Position numbers and translations under genes: made by a program. This document shows, piece by piece, positions 22,730 through 36,680 of a stretch of 64,000 nucleotides of DNA. The DNA is from Azolla caroliniana. Its lineage: Eukaryota > Plantae > Polypodiophyta. Below the pieces are notes generated by a model. That model saw nothing but the letters and a program-made list of their open reading frames with translations, did no database searches and was not told the DNA's origin. The stretch covers positions 5,208,001-5,272,000 of the forward strand of contig JBHGNT010000011.1 in the NCBI GenBank assembly GCA_043228905.1, read 5' to 3'. Positions within the stretch are counted from its first letter, which is position 1; each line of letters starts with the position of its first letter.

Positions 22730-25700
22730 TGTCGTGCCTTTTGGCTCCAGATCGTTGCGTGAGTCGGGTGGGAACCACTCAGGTTTTGGACTAGGAGAAA
22801 GAAGATGTGCACGAGTATTTTTTTTATTGGTTTATATTTTTCTTGTAAATAAAGTATTCACGCACTCTAAAAATGCATGATTTACCTTTTAATAAAGGCA
22901 GCACAAATAAAAGTCTTATACCTATTAAATCTATAGTTATAACACTTATGATAAGTTAATACAATGGTAAAGTTTTGGTTTATTTGTACATGGAGGTACA
23001 GGGTTCAAATCTTGCCCTATGCATGTAATAAATATTTTAATATTTTCTTTTATTTATAAATATGTACTTAAATCGGATATATTATTTTTACATTTTTCAT
23101 GTAGTGTGCGGACTACACTATGACACTCGCCCCCTCCGAACCCGCACATCCTCCGGTATGTGCCGAAGTTCACGATGTATGTTATTCGTCTTCATCCGTA
23201 GCACTCTCTGATTTTCCCCTTATGTCGACTACGAGTTGTACTACACTTTCTCCGCTTTCCGTATCACCGCGATCTTTGTCTGGTTTCTCCTTGATGTTGG
23301 TCTTGTCTAGGGTTACATAGGGTTCTTCGTCAGTCTGCTTCTTGAAAATCTTCACTCGTTTCCCTGCTATAGGCACCCGTAGTATTGTTCCATCCAACTC
23401 GCATAGTCGGTAAGTTTCGTTGTCGAAAACTTTCCGAACCTCGTATGACCCGAACCACCTTTTCGCGAACTTCCGTTGTCAAATCGGCTTTTGTTCCGGA
23501 ACCGCGCTTCATGTTGTCGGCGTGTTGCTTCTGCTATGTCTTCTGGTCTTCCCTCCAGTTGTCGTATCCGGACCGCTAGTAGTTCTTCTCGGCTCATCTC
23601 TTCCTTCCACGGCAACACTGTCCATGTCTCAATTGCGGTTTCCGTCGGCATTACCGGTGCTTGTCTGGTCATGAGTTCGGTCGGCATAAAACCGGTCACG
23701 GAACTATGTGTTGTACGATCTGCCCATAGTGCATACGGGAGCATTTGCGGCCAATCCTTCACCCTTCCATCGCATGCTTTGGCAAGTGCTTTGACGATCG
23801 GACTATGTCCTCGTTCGATTTTCCCGTTGGCCTCCGGATTGTATGCAGTTGTTAGTGTTAACCGAACTCCATGTTTGGTGAAGAATTCCCTAGCTTTATC
23901 AGAGTAGAGTTCTCCTCGATCTGCAATCACTTGTCCTACGCACCCGTACATGCAAAACACTTCTTCCAAAAGAAATTGGCTTACCGCAGAACACGTTTTC
24001 CTCCATAGTGCTCGACCTTCTACTTGGTTTGTGAGATCTTCCCGAGCTAACACCAAGTACTTCTTTTGTCTAATCCCGGTTGGCATGGCTACAATGTCGA
24101 CTATCCATTTGAAGTTGATTGTCAGTGAGAATGTCGGATGTAACTCATCTCGGTGTCGAACCCCAGAGTAGACTTGGCATTTCTCACAGCTTTCCGTGAA
24201 CTCCGTGACATCTTTGTACATATTCTTCCACCAATATCTTTGCTTGATCTTCACAAATGTTGCCCATGTTCCCCGATGTCCAGCCCAATCAGATTTGTGA
24301 AATTCGGACATTATCTGGTTTCGTTGCTCTTTTGTCCCGACTACTCGAAGTGGTATGCCATCCGGTCTTTTCGGCTCCCTCCATATTAATCCATTTTTCA
24401 AGAAGAACTTTCGAACTTGCCGCTTCTTACTTCGGATCTCGGCTCTCTTCTCTTTATTGTCCGATGATTCCTTGATTTCTTGTAGCACTTTCCCGATCAG
24501 CAAGCTTTCTCCCTCGTATTCTTCTTCCCAGAATTCTCGGATTACGTTCACCCGACATATGTGCTCTGAAGCAAAGTAGTCCTCGAAAACTTCTTCATTA
24601 TCGGATTCGGTTATGTCGTCTTTGAACCGCGCCCTTGATAGCATATCCGCTACCGCGTTGTCTTTTCCGAGATGTGTCGTACCTCCGGATTAAGTGGCTT
24701 AACATATACAATCCACCTTAGCATAGCCACATCCGGTATAGTACAACACCGCATCATCCCGAGTATCGGAAGACAATCCGTTTCGATCACTACTTCGGCT
24801 CCGATCAAATAATCTCGATCCGATTTGATTGCCGACACAACTCCCCATAATTCTCTTTTGACTTGTGCATACCCACGTTGCCTTTCGTTGAGAACCTTTG
24901 CTCCGAATCGGATCGGATATCGCGAACCATCTAAGTCGGCTTGATTGATGACCCATCCGATTCCGGTTGGACTTGTGTCAACCGTTACTATGATCGGTCG
25001 GTCATAGCTCGGCTTCTTAAGTGATTCCGACCTCCGTAGTGTTTTCTTAAGTTTCTTCATGGCTTTGGTATGTTCCGGTCTCCATTCAAACTTCTTACCC
25101 TTCCGCAACAAGTGATAGAGTGGGTCTGCAATATGTGCATAGTGCGGAATCCATATGTGATAGAATGCACATGCTCCAAGAAACCTTCGGACTTCGGATG
25201 GTGACTCGCATACTTCTTTCATAACTTGAATCACATCGATCTTGGTTGGTGACGGTCTTCGGCCGTAGGGCCCACATAGATGTTCGACTACCAATATTTC
25301 TTCTTGTCCGAATGCCGATTTCTCTTTGGAAAGTGTTAGGTGCACATCTTCTAACTTTCGTAGCACTTTCTCGAAATCGCGAATATGGTCGACTACGAAC
25401 TGTCGGCATCCCTGATCATCCATAGTCTCATCTTTTTCTTCCACCGCGCATCCTTTCATTGGAATGTCATCTAGGAATGGCATCGTTATCTTCGGAATGC
25501 AGTCTCGAAGCACCATGTTCATTGCATTCATCATATGTGCAACCGAGTTCGTTGCGCCTTGTGGCAGTGTGCAGATATGGACTAATCCTATCGGCGTTCG
25601 CATGGTAGTGATGTCTCGGCTCTCCACGACTAGTTGGAATTGGTCATACCCGGAGTATAGGTCTCCGATGGAGTATATTGCACGTCTGGCAAATGCTTCC

Positions 25701-25781
25701 ACAAATTTGTCCACTATCGGACCGACTCCGGAGTTCCGGATCGTGACCTTGTTCACTGGTTGCAAGTCTTGAATAAACCGG

Positions 25782-26786
25782 TGTCGTGAAGATCCTTCAC
25801 TACGTGCGGATCGCGAGGCGGAACCGTCGGGGTTCTGGATCAGAAGGATTCAAAGTTGCAATAGCTTTAGCAAGAAAGAAATTTAGATAGATTGGAAGAG
25901 AGAGAGATTGAGATAAGATAGAACGCTGGATTTTAGATTAAGAGAGAGCTTAAGATTGGACCCTTGACTTTAGGTTTAAGAAACAAGATACACCATCAAT
26001 TGGAGAACGTATTTTTCTTCTTCTTAAATTCTTGAATAATACATAACATCCCCTTTTACATTCTATTTTTTTACCTTTCAATTTTTACATTTGTTTCCTA
26101 CCATCTGTCTCTTGGGTCCCACGTTGGTTCTCAACGCAACTGCCCAAGTCTCTAGATGGAGTGTCCTACATGGGTATCACCACCGTCCATCTCTTGGTTC
26201 TCCCCTTGGCTTTCTGCAACTGCCCAAGTCTCCGGAACATGTACGCTCCTCACATAGACACTCCTTTTACATTCTAATTTTTTTTACCTTTCAATTTTTA
26301 CATTCGTTTCCTACCATCTGTCTCTTGGGTCCCACGTTGGTTCTCAACGCAACTGCCCAAATCTCTAGATGGAGTGTTCTACATGGGTATCACCACCGTC
26401 AATCTCTTGGGTCTCACGTTGGCTTTCTGCAACTGCCCAAGTCTCCGAAACATGTGTGCTCCTCACATAGACACAAAGATAATAGCTTTTGCTCTGCCTT
26501 ATATATGGTGGGATCCTTATTTGTCCCGTCTATGTGGGATATCACATATTTTTCTCTTCTTCTTTGCAAACTTCATACCCACATAACTTGACACTTAAAT
26601 GTCTGTTTCCCACGTAATAAAGTACATTCAGAAGCTCTTCAAGACCTCCATCTTTTTGTACCAAGATATTAAACTTATTTTAAATAGTATCTTTACTATT
26701 ATTGTTTTATATTTCGTGAGAAGAACCACACTCGATTTCGTATGTTCCTTACAAGTTTCACACTATGGCCGAAAATCTTCACGACA
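25782..26786 (-). mobile_element. Solo LTR inserted in the RT of element B
   Basis: 12-bp terminal inverted repeat TGTCGTGAAGAT...ATCTTCACGACA. 4-bp TSD CCGG. The host RT resumes on both sides. Confidence 0.93.
26052..26473. repeat. 211-bp tandem duplication inside the solo LTR
   Basis: Units start at 26052 and 26263; duplicated peptide in ORF 26091..26591. Confidence 0.92.
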
Positions 26787-28539
26787 CCGGAGTGACCCAT
26801 TGTTCTTCGGAACCGTAAACCATCGATTTGAGTACGGAGCATTTGATGGCTCTAGAATACCCATTGCCACCTTCTCCTTGAGCAAGTTGATGACTTTTGG
26901 AATATGCGCTCGTGGCACCGGAATCGGCCTCAGGCTCCATGACACATGATCAATCGTGAAGATCAGCATCGACTCCACTATCTTCGTATCAATGCACCCT
27001 ATATCCTTCGATGTGAACACAAATGCTTTTCCATGTTGTTCCAATATCTCATGAAACCGTTTTTCTTCTTTTTGTAAGATGAAACCACCTCCATCGATCC
27101 GAAGTTTTTCCCGGGTCTCATCCGTGAAGGCATGTCCGATATCCACGGACTTTTGAAGTGTCGGATCTCCTGAGACTTCTTTCCTCTTTTGTTCGCTATC
27201 AGCGGGTAGTGGTCCCGCGACTGGTTTCACTTTCTTTTCCACAGTCTTGTTTTCGTACTTACCATTTCTTCTTCTTTGTGAAGCGCATCCGACCCCATTT
27301 TCGCAATGATCTCGTACATCTCGATCGATTCCACCGGAACTACCCGGTCTCCCTGGCTATTTTCTTTTGCAAGCTCTTCAAGCCGTTGTAGCGTGCTCCC
27401 ATAGAACACTTCTTCGACTACTCCCATGATTTCTTCGTTTTCTTTTATTATTGATGCTGACCGTAAGTTATCCTCTACTTTTCGGTATTCTTTCTTCATT
27501 CCTCCGGTTACGACCGTGTACGTAGATGCCCCATCCGGACCGATTCGTACTTGTTTTTCTCTGAGAGTTTTCTTCCTATGTGGGGTATTAGGGCTTCTTG
27601 GACTATCACTTCCCCACTCTGCAACAATCCGCTCTAAAAATCTATCTTTGTTTGGGACAAGAGCTCCCTCTTGTTCCTTTCATGATTCGCGGGCACAGTT
27701 AGGAATTGGACGGATTTCCCTCCGCTTTGACTCCGAATTCGTGCAAAAGCTGCACTGCTATCGAGCACCTTCGTCTCCATCCATGATGTCGTGATAAAGG
27801 GTTGCCTAAGGATCATAGAGTGTGAGACCTCATCTTGCACAAAGAAATTTTGGTCTATCTCCACATCTCCGATTTTCACCATCACATTCGGACAAGCTGC
27901 AAATAAGTCTTCTGTTGCTTTAGTGGCTGCCCGGATCTTCCATCCATGATTAGTATTAATAGGCCACTTCCCCTTCCGGCAGAACTCCTTGGACATCAAG
28001 TTGATCTCCAATCCATGATCAATCAATGCTAGCACGGGCTCTTTGATGTTGCCGATTCGAACCAGAGTCTCCGTAGTTGCACATGCCCAATGTGGCCTTG
28101 TGTAGTGGGAGTTTGGAATTTCATCCTCCAATTCGGTGTCATTCATTAAAATGGTATTTGCATTCACCCTTGGAGCATTTTCCTCCGTACTTTGTGTCTT
28201 CCTCTTCACGAGATCCACAAGAAGATTGTGGAACTCCTTCGCTATTCCGAGTAATTCCCGAAGTGAAAATTCTACCCGGCTATCGAGGATTCTCTCCTCG
28301 AACACCTTTTTCAAGTCCGTTTGTTGTTCGATGTCTGAGGCAAGCTTGAATGCCGGAATCGTCTTTTCTTTTCCCTTCCCTCCGGAGTTCCAACTTTCCG
28401 GTGTCTTCGATGGTCCGGCCGCATCATCCGTGCACTGTCGTTTCTCGTCTATATACACTTCATGCAATTGACATAAGGCGTACACGCTATTCTTATCAAC
28501 GAGGCACTCCCATCCCGTAGCTTTACGGATGCCAAATGA

Positions 28540-31368
28540 TGTCGCGAAGATGCGCGCGTGCGTGTGCTACTCGAGCGACCACCGGGGTCTTGGACTGGGG
28601 AGGACGTTCGCGGAATTATCGAAGAGGTGACTATCAATGTAAGATTGGATGAAATTTGTTCACTTGAGAAGAAGAAAGATTGTACACTTGAGAAGTAGAA
28701 AAATATGAAGAAGATAAAGACGAATATAATTATATTGATGATAGTGGTGTTGGTGATATCACATATTGAGCCCCCCTTACACAAGCCCAACTAGAGGCTT
28801 TCTCCATGCTTGTGACATGCACAAAACCATGAGCTAAAACCATGGTTTTGTGCACACGGTTTTGCTTATGTCATGCACAAAACCATGGGCTTAAAACCAT
28901 GGTTTTGTGCACACGGTTTTGTATATTTGTTTCCTATGGAATACTGAATATGACAAGGAAATATACAAAATCTAAAGCACTTAGTAGTAGCTTTAGTGGT
29001 AAGCTAATCTTACTTGCACCTCTCTATACGCACTTAATGCAATTAGGCCCTAGGATTATTTATTACTTATTTATTTTCATTTTTAGAAGTATTTGTATAA
29101 TGTGCATGTATCCTCAATTTTTTACTTTTTCTCGCATTAAACACGCCACATCACGACATCCACCCCCACCAAACCGCACATCCTCCGGCATGTGCCAAGA
29201 AGGAAAAGAGTGATTTGGTGGGGCCAAAGGTTGTCAACCTTTGATTTGCTCCTTTCTTGGGCCTTGCCCGCACTGTCTTTCTCCCTCCATTTTGAGCTCG
29301 TCCATTCCTTCTAGCCGAACCATCGTCGCCATCAGATCCACCATATTGTTCACTTGCACTTCACAATGTTATGACCAGTTGTCATGGCCCCCTTCGCCCT
29401 TCTTGAGCATAACCTTTCACAATTTGTGTATGTGCCACCTTCATCCCGTCTGTCTCCTTGGTCAAGAAACTTCAATCCTTCATTCTTTCTCGTCCCCTGC
29501 TTGCCTTCACAAGACCTCATTCGAATGTCGATGCTGATTATTCGTTGTAGTTCCTTCACGCGCATGCTCATCTCTGGGTCTCTAAGAGACCATATTGCAT
29601 GCCTCTCTTTCTTCCATTTGTTGTGGTAAACTCCCACATTTGAGTTGACCATCGTACCTTTGATCTTCATGCTATTGTCATCCCTCATGTTGGATGACAT
29701 GCTAGAAGACATGATCACTTTCTGAGGTACACCTTTCAAATCCTCTTGGCTTGCTTGGCCATCCTTTTCCATTGTCACACTTTCTTCGGCCTCTTTGTTG
29801 TGCACATCTGCTTTTGTCGTTGTGTTTCGTTTGGTCTCTTCATCGCACAAACCGGCTTCATCCTTCACTTCCTCGCAGCCACCTTCCATCTCTTCGGTCT
29901 CATGTTGGCTCTCGGACGCAACTGGCGAATTCTTTGGAACAAGTGTGGAGGAATCCTCTCCATGGTCCTTGCTCGCTCTTGCCATCTGCGGGCCAACGTC
30001 ATTGTCTGTGGCTATGCTCCCATCATGTGCATCAGCTCCAACCTTCGCTTCCTCACCGCCACTTTCTGTCTCTTGGGTCTCCCTTTGATTCTCGGATGCA
30101 ACTACCCAAGTCTCTAGAACAAGTGTGGAGGATTCCATACGCCTTTGGTCAATCATCTTTGCCACGTTTTCCATAGCCACCTCCTTGATGTCGTTTTTCG
30201 TGGTTACCTCCTTAATCATGTGGGACTCGCACTCTTTATCCTCCTTGCTCCTTCACCACCCGACGTTTCAAACATGACGCATGTTTTGAAACATTCTTCC
30301 TCCCTTGGACTGGCGTTTGCCGTCCTCGATTCATTGGTTTCATCCTTCTCTGTTGTTTCTTTCCAAGATGAGAAGATGATTTGTTATGCATTTTCTCCTG
30401 TGGTACCGCCGTACCAAACTTGAGCCTTCGAATCCACCACTTCCTTAATCTGCATTTGTGGAGAGGTCTCTTCTTCCTCAACCATCGTTCGCCTCAGCTT
30501 TTGTCCCTTTTGAAGTTTCTCTTCAACCTCAACTTGCGCCTTTAAGTTCTCGAATGCCTCTCTCATAAACACTTCTATGTAGAGCATTGTCGAACCTTCC
30601 CTCTTCGAGCTTGCTTCCTTCGGTGGTGGCATGTTGCTGCATCTTGTCCTCCTATTGTCCCTCATCGGCCGTGACATTGTCGACAAGATTCCTATCCTCC
30701 TCTTGTCATGTCGTTGGCATACCCTTTTCACTTCGGCCCAATTTTCAGTGAGGCCGTTCACACCATCGTCCTCCTCGAGTCGGACTCCAATGTCCGTCCT
30801 TTTCTTCCGATCAATCAACTTGACGAAAATTAAGACTTTATTCGCACCCACCAATCCTTGTTCCCGCTCCGAGAGTTGAGCGAACTGACACTCAAACTCA
30901 ATGAATTCATGCATAACACTCTGGTGGGTCTTCTTCGATGACACCCATTGGTCAAACTTATATAGACCTCGTCCCTTCGGCTCTTCATGATCATATGCCT
31001 CTCGTAAAGCTTCTTCAAAGGACACCCACGAATCGTGAGATTTTTGAAGCTCTTTCATATCTTTGTAGATTGGTTCGGCCACCACTCGACAAACGTACTC
31101 CAACCTCATAGCTTCGTCCACACCTCTTGAATCCATCTCCGCATTGTAGACTTTTAGAAAACTTTGGACTTCGGCGCCGTTGAAATAGCTCACTTGCTCG
31201 ACTACCCTCTCGACGGCTTGTTGGGCTTCATTTCGTCTTTACCCTTCTCTCAGAAACTCCATCATCCTTTTTGACATTGCCTCCATGAGATATTCGCCAT
31301 CCATCTTCATCCTCCCCTGCTGCTCTTCACGTCGGGTTCACCAAATGATGTCGTGAAGATGCGCGTGT
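28540..31368 (-). mobile_element. Non-autonomous gag-only Gypsy derivative (D): LTR 28540-29158, PPT, gag-like region, tRNA-Trp PBS, stub of 5' LTR
   Basis: Gag FNGAEVQSFLKVYNAEM...GLTENWAEVKR is homologous to the gag at 53107-55221. It is followed by acidic repetitive coding sequence and no pol. PBS at 31326-31343; LTR stub 31349-31368. Confidence 0.82.
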
Positions 31369-34300
31369 CAACTTCACCGCTTAGGACCCGCTCACGGACA
31401 AAGTGATAATGCACTTCTATGTGCTTTGTTCGAGCATGGAATACGGGGTTCTTAGGGAGTTGTATGCTGCTTATGTTGTCACAATAGATCAGGATCGGGG
31501 TCAACACCTCGATCTGGAGGTCTTGTAGCAGTCACCGAAGCCAGATGGCTTGATAGGTGGCAATGGTAATGCCCCGGTATTCAGCCTCAGTGCTCGACAG
31601 AGCCACTATTGGCTGCTTTTTGTTGTTCCACGTAACAGCAGCGCTACCATGAGAGAACATATAACCGGAGGTGGATCGACGGTCCGATGCATCATCGGCG
31701 TAGTCGGGATCCGTATATCCAACTAGCGGTGCAACTATACCATTCCGATATAAAAGACCCTTATCCTTAGTGCCACTTACGTACCGAAGTATCCGGTGAG
31801 TGCACCGAAGGTGCTCCTCGATTGGCTTTTGCATGAATTGGCTAATCATTCCGATCGGGTAACTGATGTCGGGTTGAGTGATTGTCAAGTAAATAAGGCT
31901 TCCGACAATTTGTAGGAACTGTTTCTCATTGTAGGCTGGTCCGGAGTCAGGACGTAGCTTTAGGGTCTGGTCCAGGGGGCTGGAGATTGGTCGGCATTCA
32001 ATCAAGAGAAACTTGTACAACATATTCAACACATAGTGTCTTTGTGAGAGCAATATGTTGTCAGGGGTCCAGATCACCTCGATCCCAAAAATATAATGAA
32101 GGTCCCCCAGGTCCTTCGTTTCAAATGCGTGTGACAACTGGGACTTTACGCGGTTGATTTCATCGAGTCCGGGTCTGGTGATCACTAGATCATCTACATA
32201 TAGTAGGATACAAATTGGACTGTTCGGACCTTTCCGAATGACCAGTGAAGAGTCAGACTTTGAGGCCGCAAACCCCATCTTATGCAACCAATGCGTGATT
32301 TTCGCATTCCAAGCTCAGGGGGCTTGCTTTAGGCCATAAAGCGACTTTTTCAGTTGGCACATTGTCGACTTGTTCATCTCCAATTGAGAACTGGGGGGTT
32401 GAATCATATAGACTTGTTCTTCAAGATCACCTTGAAGAAACACATTCTTCACATCCATCTGATGAAGATGGCACCCCCTTGCTACAACAACCACCAACAC
32501 AACATGAACTGTCATCATCTTCGCTACCAGAGCGAAGGTCTTGTCGTAGTCGATTCTATGGGTTTTTGCATATCCCTTCGCCACTAACCAGGCCTTGTAC
32601 CGGTTTACGGAACCGTCGACATTGTAATTCACCTTATATACCTAGTTACAACCGATTGGTCGACATTGTCGGGGAGGGTCAACCAGGTCCCAAGTGTCAT
32701 TGGCATCGAGTGCCTACATTTCTTCTTCCATTGCGGCATGCCAATTCACGTCCTTTGCCGTTTCTGCGTAGCTCTCCGGCTCACGCACTTCCGCCACTTT
32801 GGTCATGTACGCATAGTGATGTGCCATGTACTCATTGTATCTGTACCTCTTTACGGGGTTCTTTTGGCGGGTTGATCAATGTAACTTCTCGTTAGCCAGT
32901 TTGAGGCCCTTCTTGGCCGTTTCGGACTCTGTTTCTGAAGATTCGACTTCGTTCTGTCCGGAGTCAGAATCACTCCGATCCGACTCTTCGCTGCTGGTGT
33001 CATATTGAGGCATCTTTTTCTTGCCCTTCTATATGCGTGTGAACCGTCTCCTCGGTTCCTTGCATGGGGAGAGCATGACAGAGTTTCCAATACTTGCTGG
33101 TTCTTCATCTGACTGGTCGTTCCGACTCAGACGCTCATTCAGCCCACTTAGCCGGAATGAGATCAAACTCTCATCTAGTGTACTGAATCCTTCTTCACCT
33201 ACCTGGGTCTCCTCGGGCTCACTGGCCTCATGCTCCAGAATCGGGTCGGAGTCAGACATCGGAGCCGGTAGAGAGCCACTTATCAAATTCGACATCTCGG
33301 TTCACTCGAACTTGTTTTGTTCAGGAGTTATAACAATTATACCCCTTTTGCTCATGTGAGTAGCTGACTAGTATGCACTTCTCTGACTTCGGATCCAACT
33401 TCCTCCGTTTCTCATCCGGTACATGCACATAGGCTATGCTACTGAATACCCGGTGCCTTAAATTCGGCTTCCGCCCGAAATACAACTCATGTGTTGACAC
33501 CTCGTCTCCGATCTGGTTTTGGATGTAGACAGCCGTCCAGACCATCTCAGCCCAGTAGAATTTGGGCATACTTTTCTCCTCAAGCATTGCCCTCGCGGCG
33601 TCGACAATCGACCGGTTCTTTCTCTTGGCCACACTGTTTTGTTCCAGTGTGTACCTGCAACTGAATTCTCTCTGAATTCCTTTCTGCTGTAGATAATTGT
33701 TGAATTGGCCGGAAAAATATTCCTTTCCGCCATCCGACTGCATGCACTTGATCTTTCTTCCGGTTTCGCATTCAACTAAGCTTTGAAGGTTCCGGAAACA
33801 TTCAAAAACTTCACTTTTCCTCTCGATGAGATAGATCCAAGTGTGCCAATTGTAGTCGTCAATGAAGGAGACGAAATATTGACTCCCGCCAAAACTAATG
33901 GTCTGTGTCAGTCCCCATACATCTGAATGGATTAAGTCGAGTTTGTTACGGATCTGGCTTCGTTCGATGGGGAATGGAAACTGGTGTTGCTTCCGGAGTT
34001 GGCAGGCTTCACAAATTTGGGCCTTCCGGCCACTAAACTTTGGCAATCCGAACACAACTTGTTTCGATTGCAGACCCTAAAGCCTCCGGTAGTTAACGTG
34101 GCCGATCTGCTTGTGCCAGAGATCGATGTCTGATTCAATCTTCTGTCCTTTGGCAAACAAGGTGGTGCCGACGTCGTTGGTGTTGAGGATAAACATCCTC
34201 CCGTCTTTGCGCCCTTGTGCGATTATCTAGCCTTCTTCCTCGATGTAGCACCCGAGGTGCGTAAACCGCACATGCATTACCTGGTCGACAATTTGTCCAA

Positions 34301-36228
34301 CCAACACCAGGTTCTATGTGATTATCGGGACTTGTAGCATGTTCATAAGCTTCCCTTTCAGTCCAACATGGCTCAAGGGAAGTTCTCCGACATGCACGAT
34401 CGCGTGAGGAGTGTCGTCTCCGGTTTCGACAACTCCCGATTGTTCTTGTTTCTCTAAGAACGAGAATCACTCTTCGTGGCTTGTCATGTGGTTAGATGCT
34501 CTAGAGACAACGTACCACATTTCCTCTGATCAAGAAGTGGTCTTCTTCATCGAGTTTGCCTCGTGTTTCATCACGAAGACTAGCCCTTTTTCGGTCTTCT
34601 CGATTCTGGATCCTTCCAATCCTCCTGCATAGTGCAAGCTTTGTCGGTTCCCTTGTCCGAGCTTACTGGATCCAGATTTATCTGAATCAGCATGCTTCTT
34701 CCAGCACTCACTCTCTCTATGGCCTTTCTTGCCACAATACCAGCATTCTGTGTCGGCCTTTGGTTGCTGGTTTCCTGCGCTGCTTTGACTCCCCCTGCTT
34801 GTGGAGTGTCCAGAGCTGTTGTCGACATTGTCTCTGTGCCTCTGATTTTGCTCTTGTTGGCTGCCTGCATTGCGTGCCGACCCACCTCATCCTCCATGCC
34901 CACGGGGCCGATCCACCTCTATTTACAGCATCCGGTTGTCCGGTTGACTAGTCCTAGACCCACTCGCGTGGTTTTCTTCGACCATCAACATAGATTGTAG
35001 GTCCAAAAAGGACGATGGCTTCTCCTAAGTGCAAATTTCCGTCCGGATTGGCCCGTACCGTTCTGCTAGACCACCGAGGCAGATTTGGACCATTTTGTCT
35101 TCCTCCACTGTCACATTGATGGATCTGAGCGCGTGACAAATCTCCTTTATTTTAGGTGGTGTACTTCGTAACCGACATATTTCTCTGCCCCATGTTGTTG
35201 AGCTCTTGCCGGAGCTGCAACTTACGGGTTGTGGTACTTGCAATGAAAACCTTGATCGACGATCTGCCCGACCGACACCAGGTTCTTTGTGATTGTCGAA
35301 ACGTCCAACACGTTCATGAGCTTCTGTCTTTTTCCGACATGGCTGAGGGGACTTCTTCGACATACACGATCGGATGAGGTGTGTCGTATCCGGTTTTGAC
35401 AACTCCCGATTTCTCCGGCTTTTCCAGATATGAGAACCACTCTTCGTGGCTCCTCATGTGATTAGATCCTCTGGAGTCAACGTACCACACTTCCTCCAAT
35501 CTGGAAGTGGTCTTCTTCATTGAGTTTTCCTTGTGCTTTATCACAAAGGCTAGCCCATTTTCCGTCTTACCGGTTCCGGATCCTTCTGATCTTGCGGTGT
35601 AGTGTGAGCTTTGCCGGTTCCCTTGTCCGGCCTTACCAGATTCGGATTTATCCGAATCGGCGCACTTCTTCCAACACTCACTTTCCTAATGGACCTTCTT
35701 GCCACAATACCAACATTCCATGTCGCTCTTTCCTTGCCGGTTTCCGGCATCGATTTAACTCCCCCTGCTCGTGGACGATCCAGAATTGTTGTCGCCACTA
35801 TCTTCGTGCCTCCGATTCTGCTCTTGTCGGTTGCCTCCATTACGTGCCGACCCACATTGTACTCCATGCCCACAGGGCCGATCGGCCTCCATGTACAACA
35901 TTCAAATGTCCGATTGAGTGGTCCTCGACCCACTCGCGTGGTTTTCTTCAACCATCAACATCGATTGCAAGTCGAGGAAGGACGGTGGCTTCTCACAGGT
36001 GCAAATCGCTGTCCAGATTGGCCCGTACCATTGTGCTAGACCACCGCAACATATCTTGACCATCTCGTCTTCGTCTACCATCACGTTGATGGAACTGAGC
36101 TCATAAAAGATCTCCTTTATCTTGGTGGTGTAGTCGGTAACCGACATGTCTCTTTGTCAAATGTCGTTGAACCCTTGTCGGAGCTGCAACTTCCGGGCCT
36201 TTGTGCTTGCCGCAAAAATCTTTTTGAA
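31369..36228 (-). mobile_element. Degenerate Ty1/Copia internal region (gag-PR duplicated, INT, RT, RNase H); LTRs lost
   Basis: RT LHQMDVKNVFLQG, LYGLKQAP, LYVDDL. RNase H ALSSTEAEY, HARTKHIEVHYH. INT HSDVWG. The gag-PR segment occurs twice (~34282-35245 and ~35250-36228). Confidence 0.9.
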
Positions 36229-36680
36229 ATTCCACCTTGGTCGCTCATAAGCTCTATCAGACATCCATATTGGCACCATATGTGCTCATACAGAAACTTA
36301 GATGTGGATGCCACGGTATTGTCCCGGAGCGCCTTTGCCACCACCCACTTCGTGCAATAGTCTGTTGGTATGATAGTATATCGGTTTCACGTATGCATCG
36401 CCACCGGTTTGAAGGGTCCGACGAAATCTAGCCCCCATTTATGGAATGGTTCTAACGGAAGTACTGGTTGATGTGGCATTCACACTTGTTCCATTGGTTG
36501 CCCTATTCGTTGGTATAAATCACACTCCTTACAATACCGTACCGAGTCCTTGAGGGTGGTCGACCACCACAATCCACTTCAGCATATTTTCCGAGCAGTT
36601 GCGGCTTCGGCGTAGTGCCCTCTGGCTACTCCACAGTGTGCGTCGTGTAGGACCACCTCCTTTTCGTCGCACCAGACCTT
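36229..36680 (-). pseudogene. Gypsy integrase fragment related to element F
   Basis: LHDAHCGVARGH, TDYCTKWVVAKALRDNT, GCLIELMSDQGG. Confidence 0.85.

Larger units (their letters stand above)
22730..28533 (-). mobile_element. Degenerate Ty3/Gypsy element (B), 5'-truncated; 3' LTR 22730-23125
   Basis: PR LIDHGLEINL (27634-28485), RT FLDD and RNase H (24650-25765), INT (23367-24644), PPT at 23126-23137. Left flank is ACGT. Confidence 0.92.
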
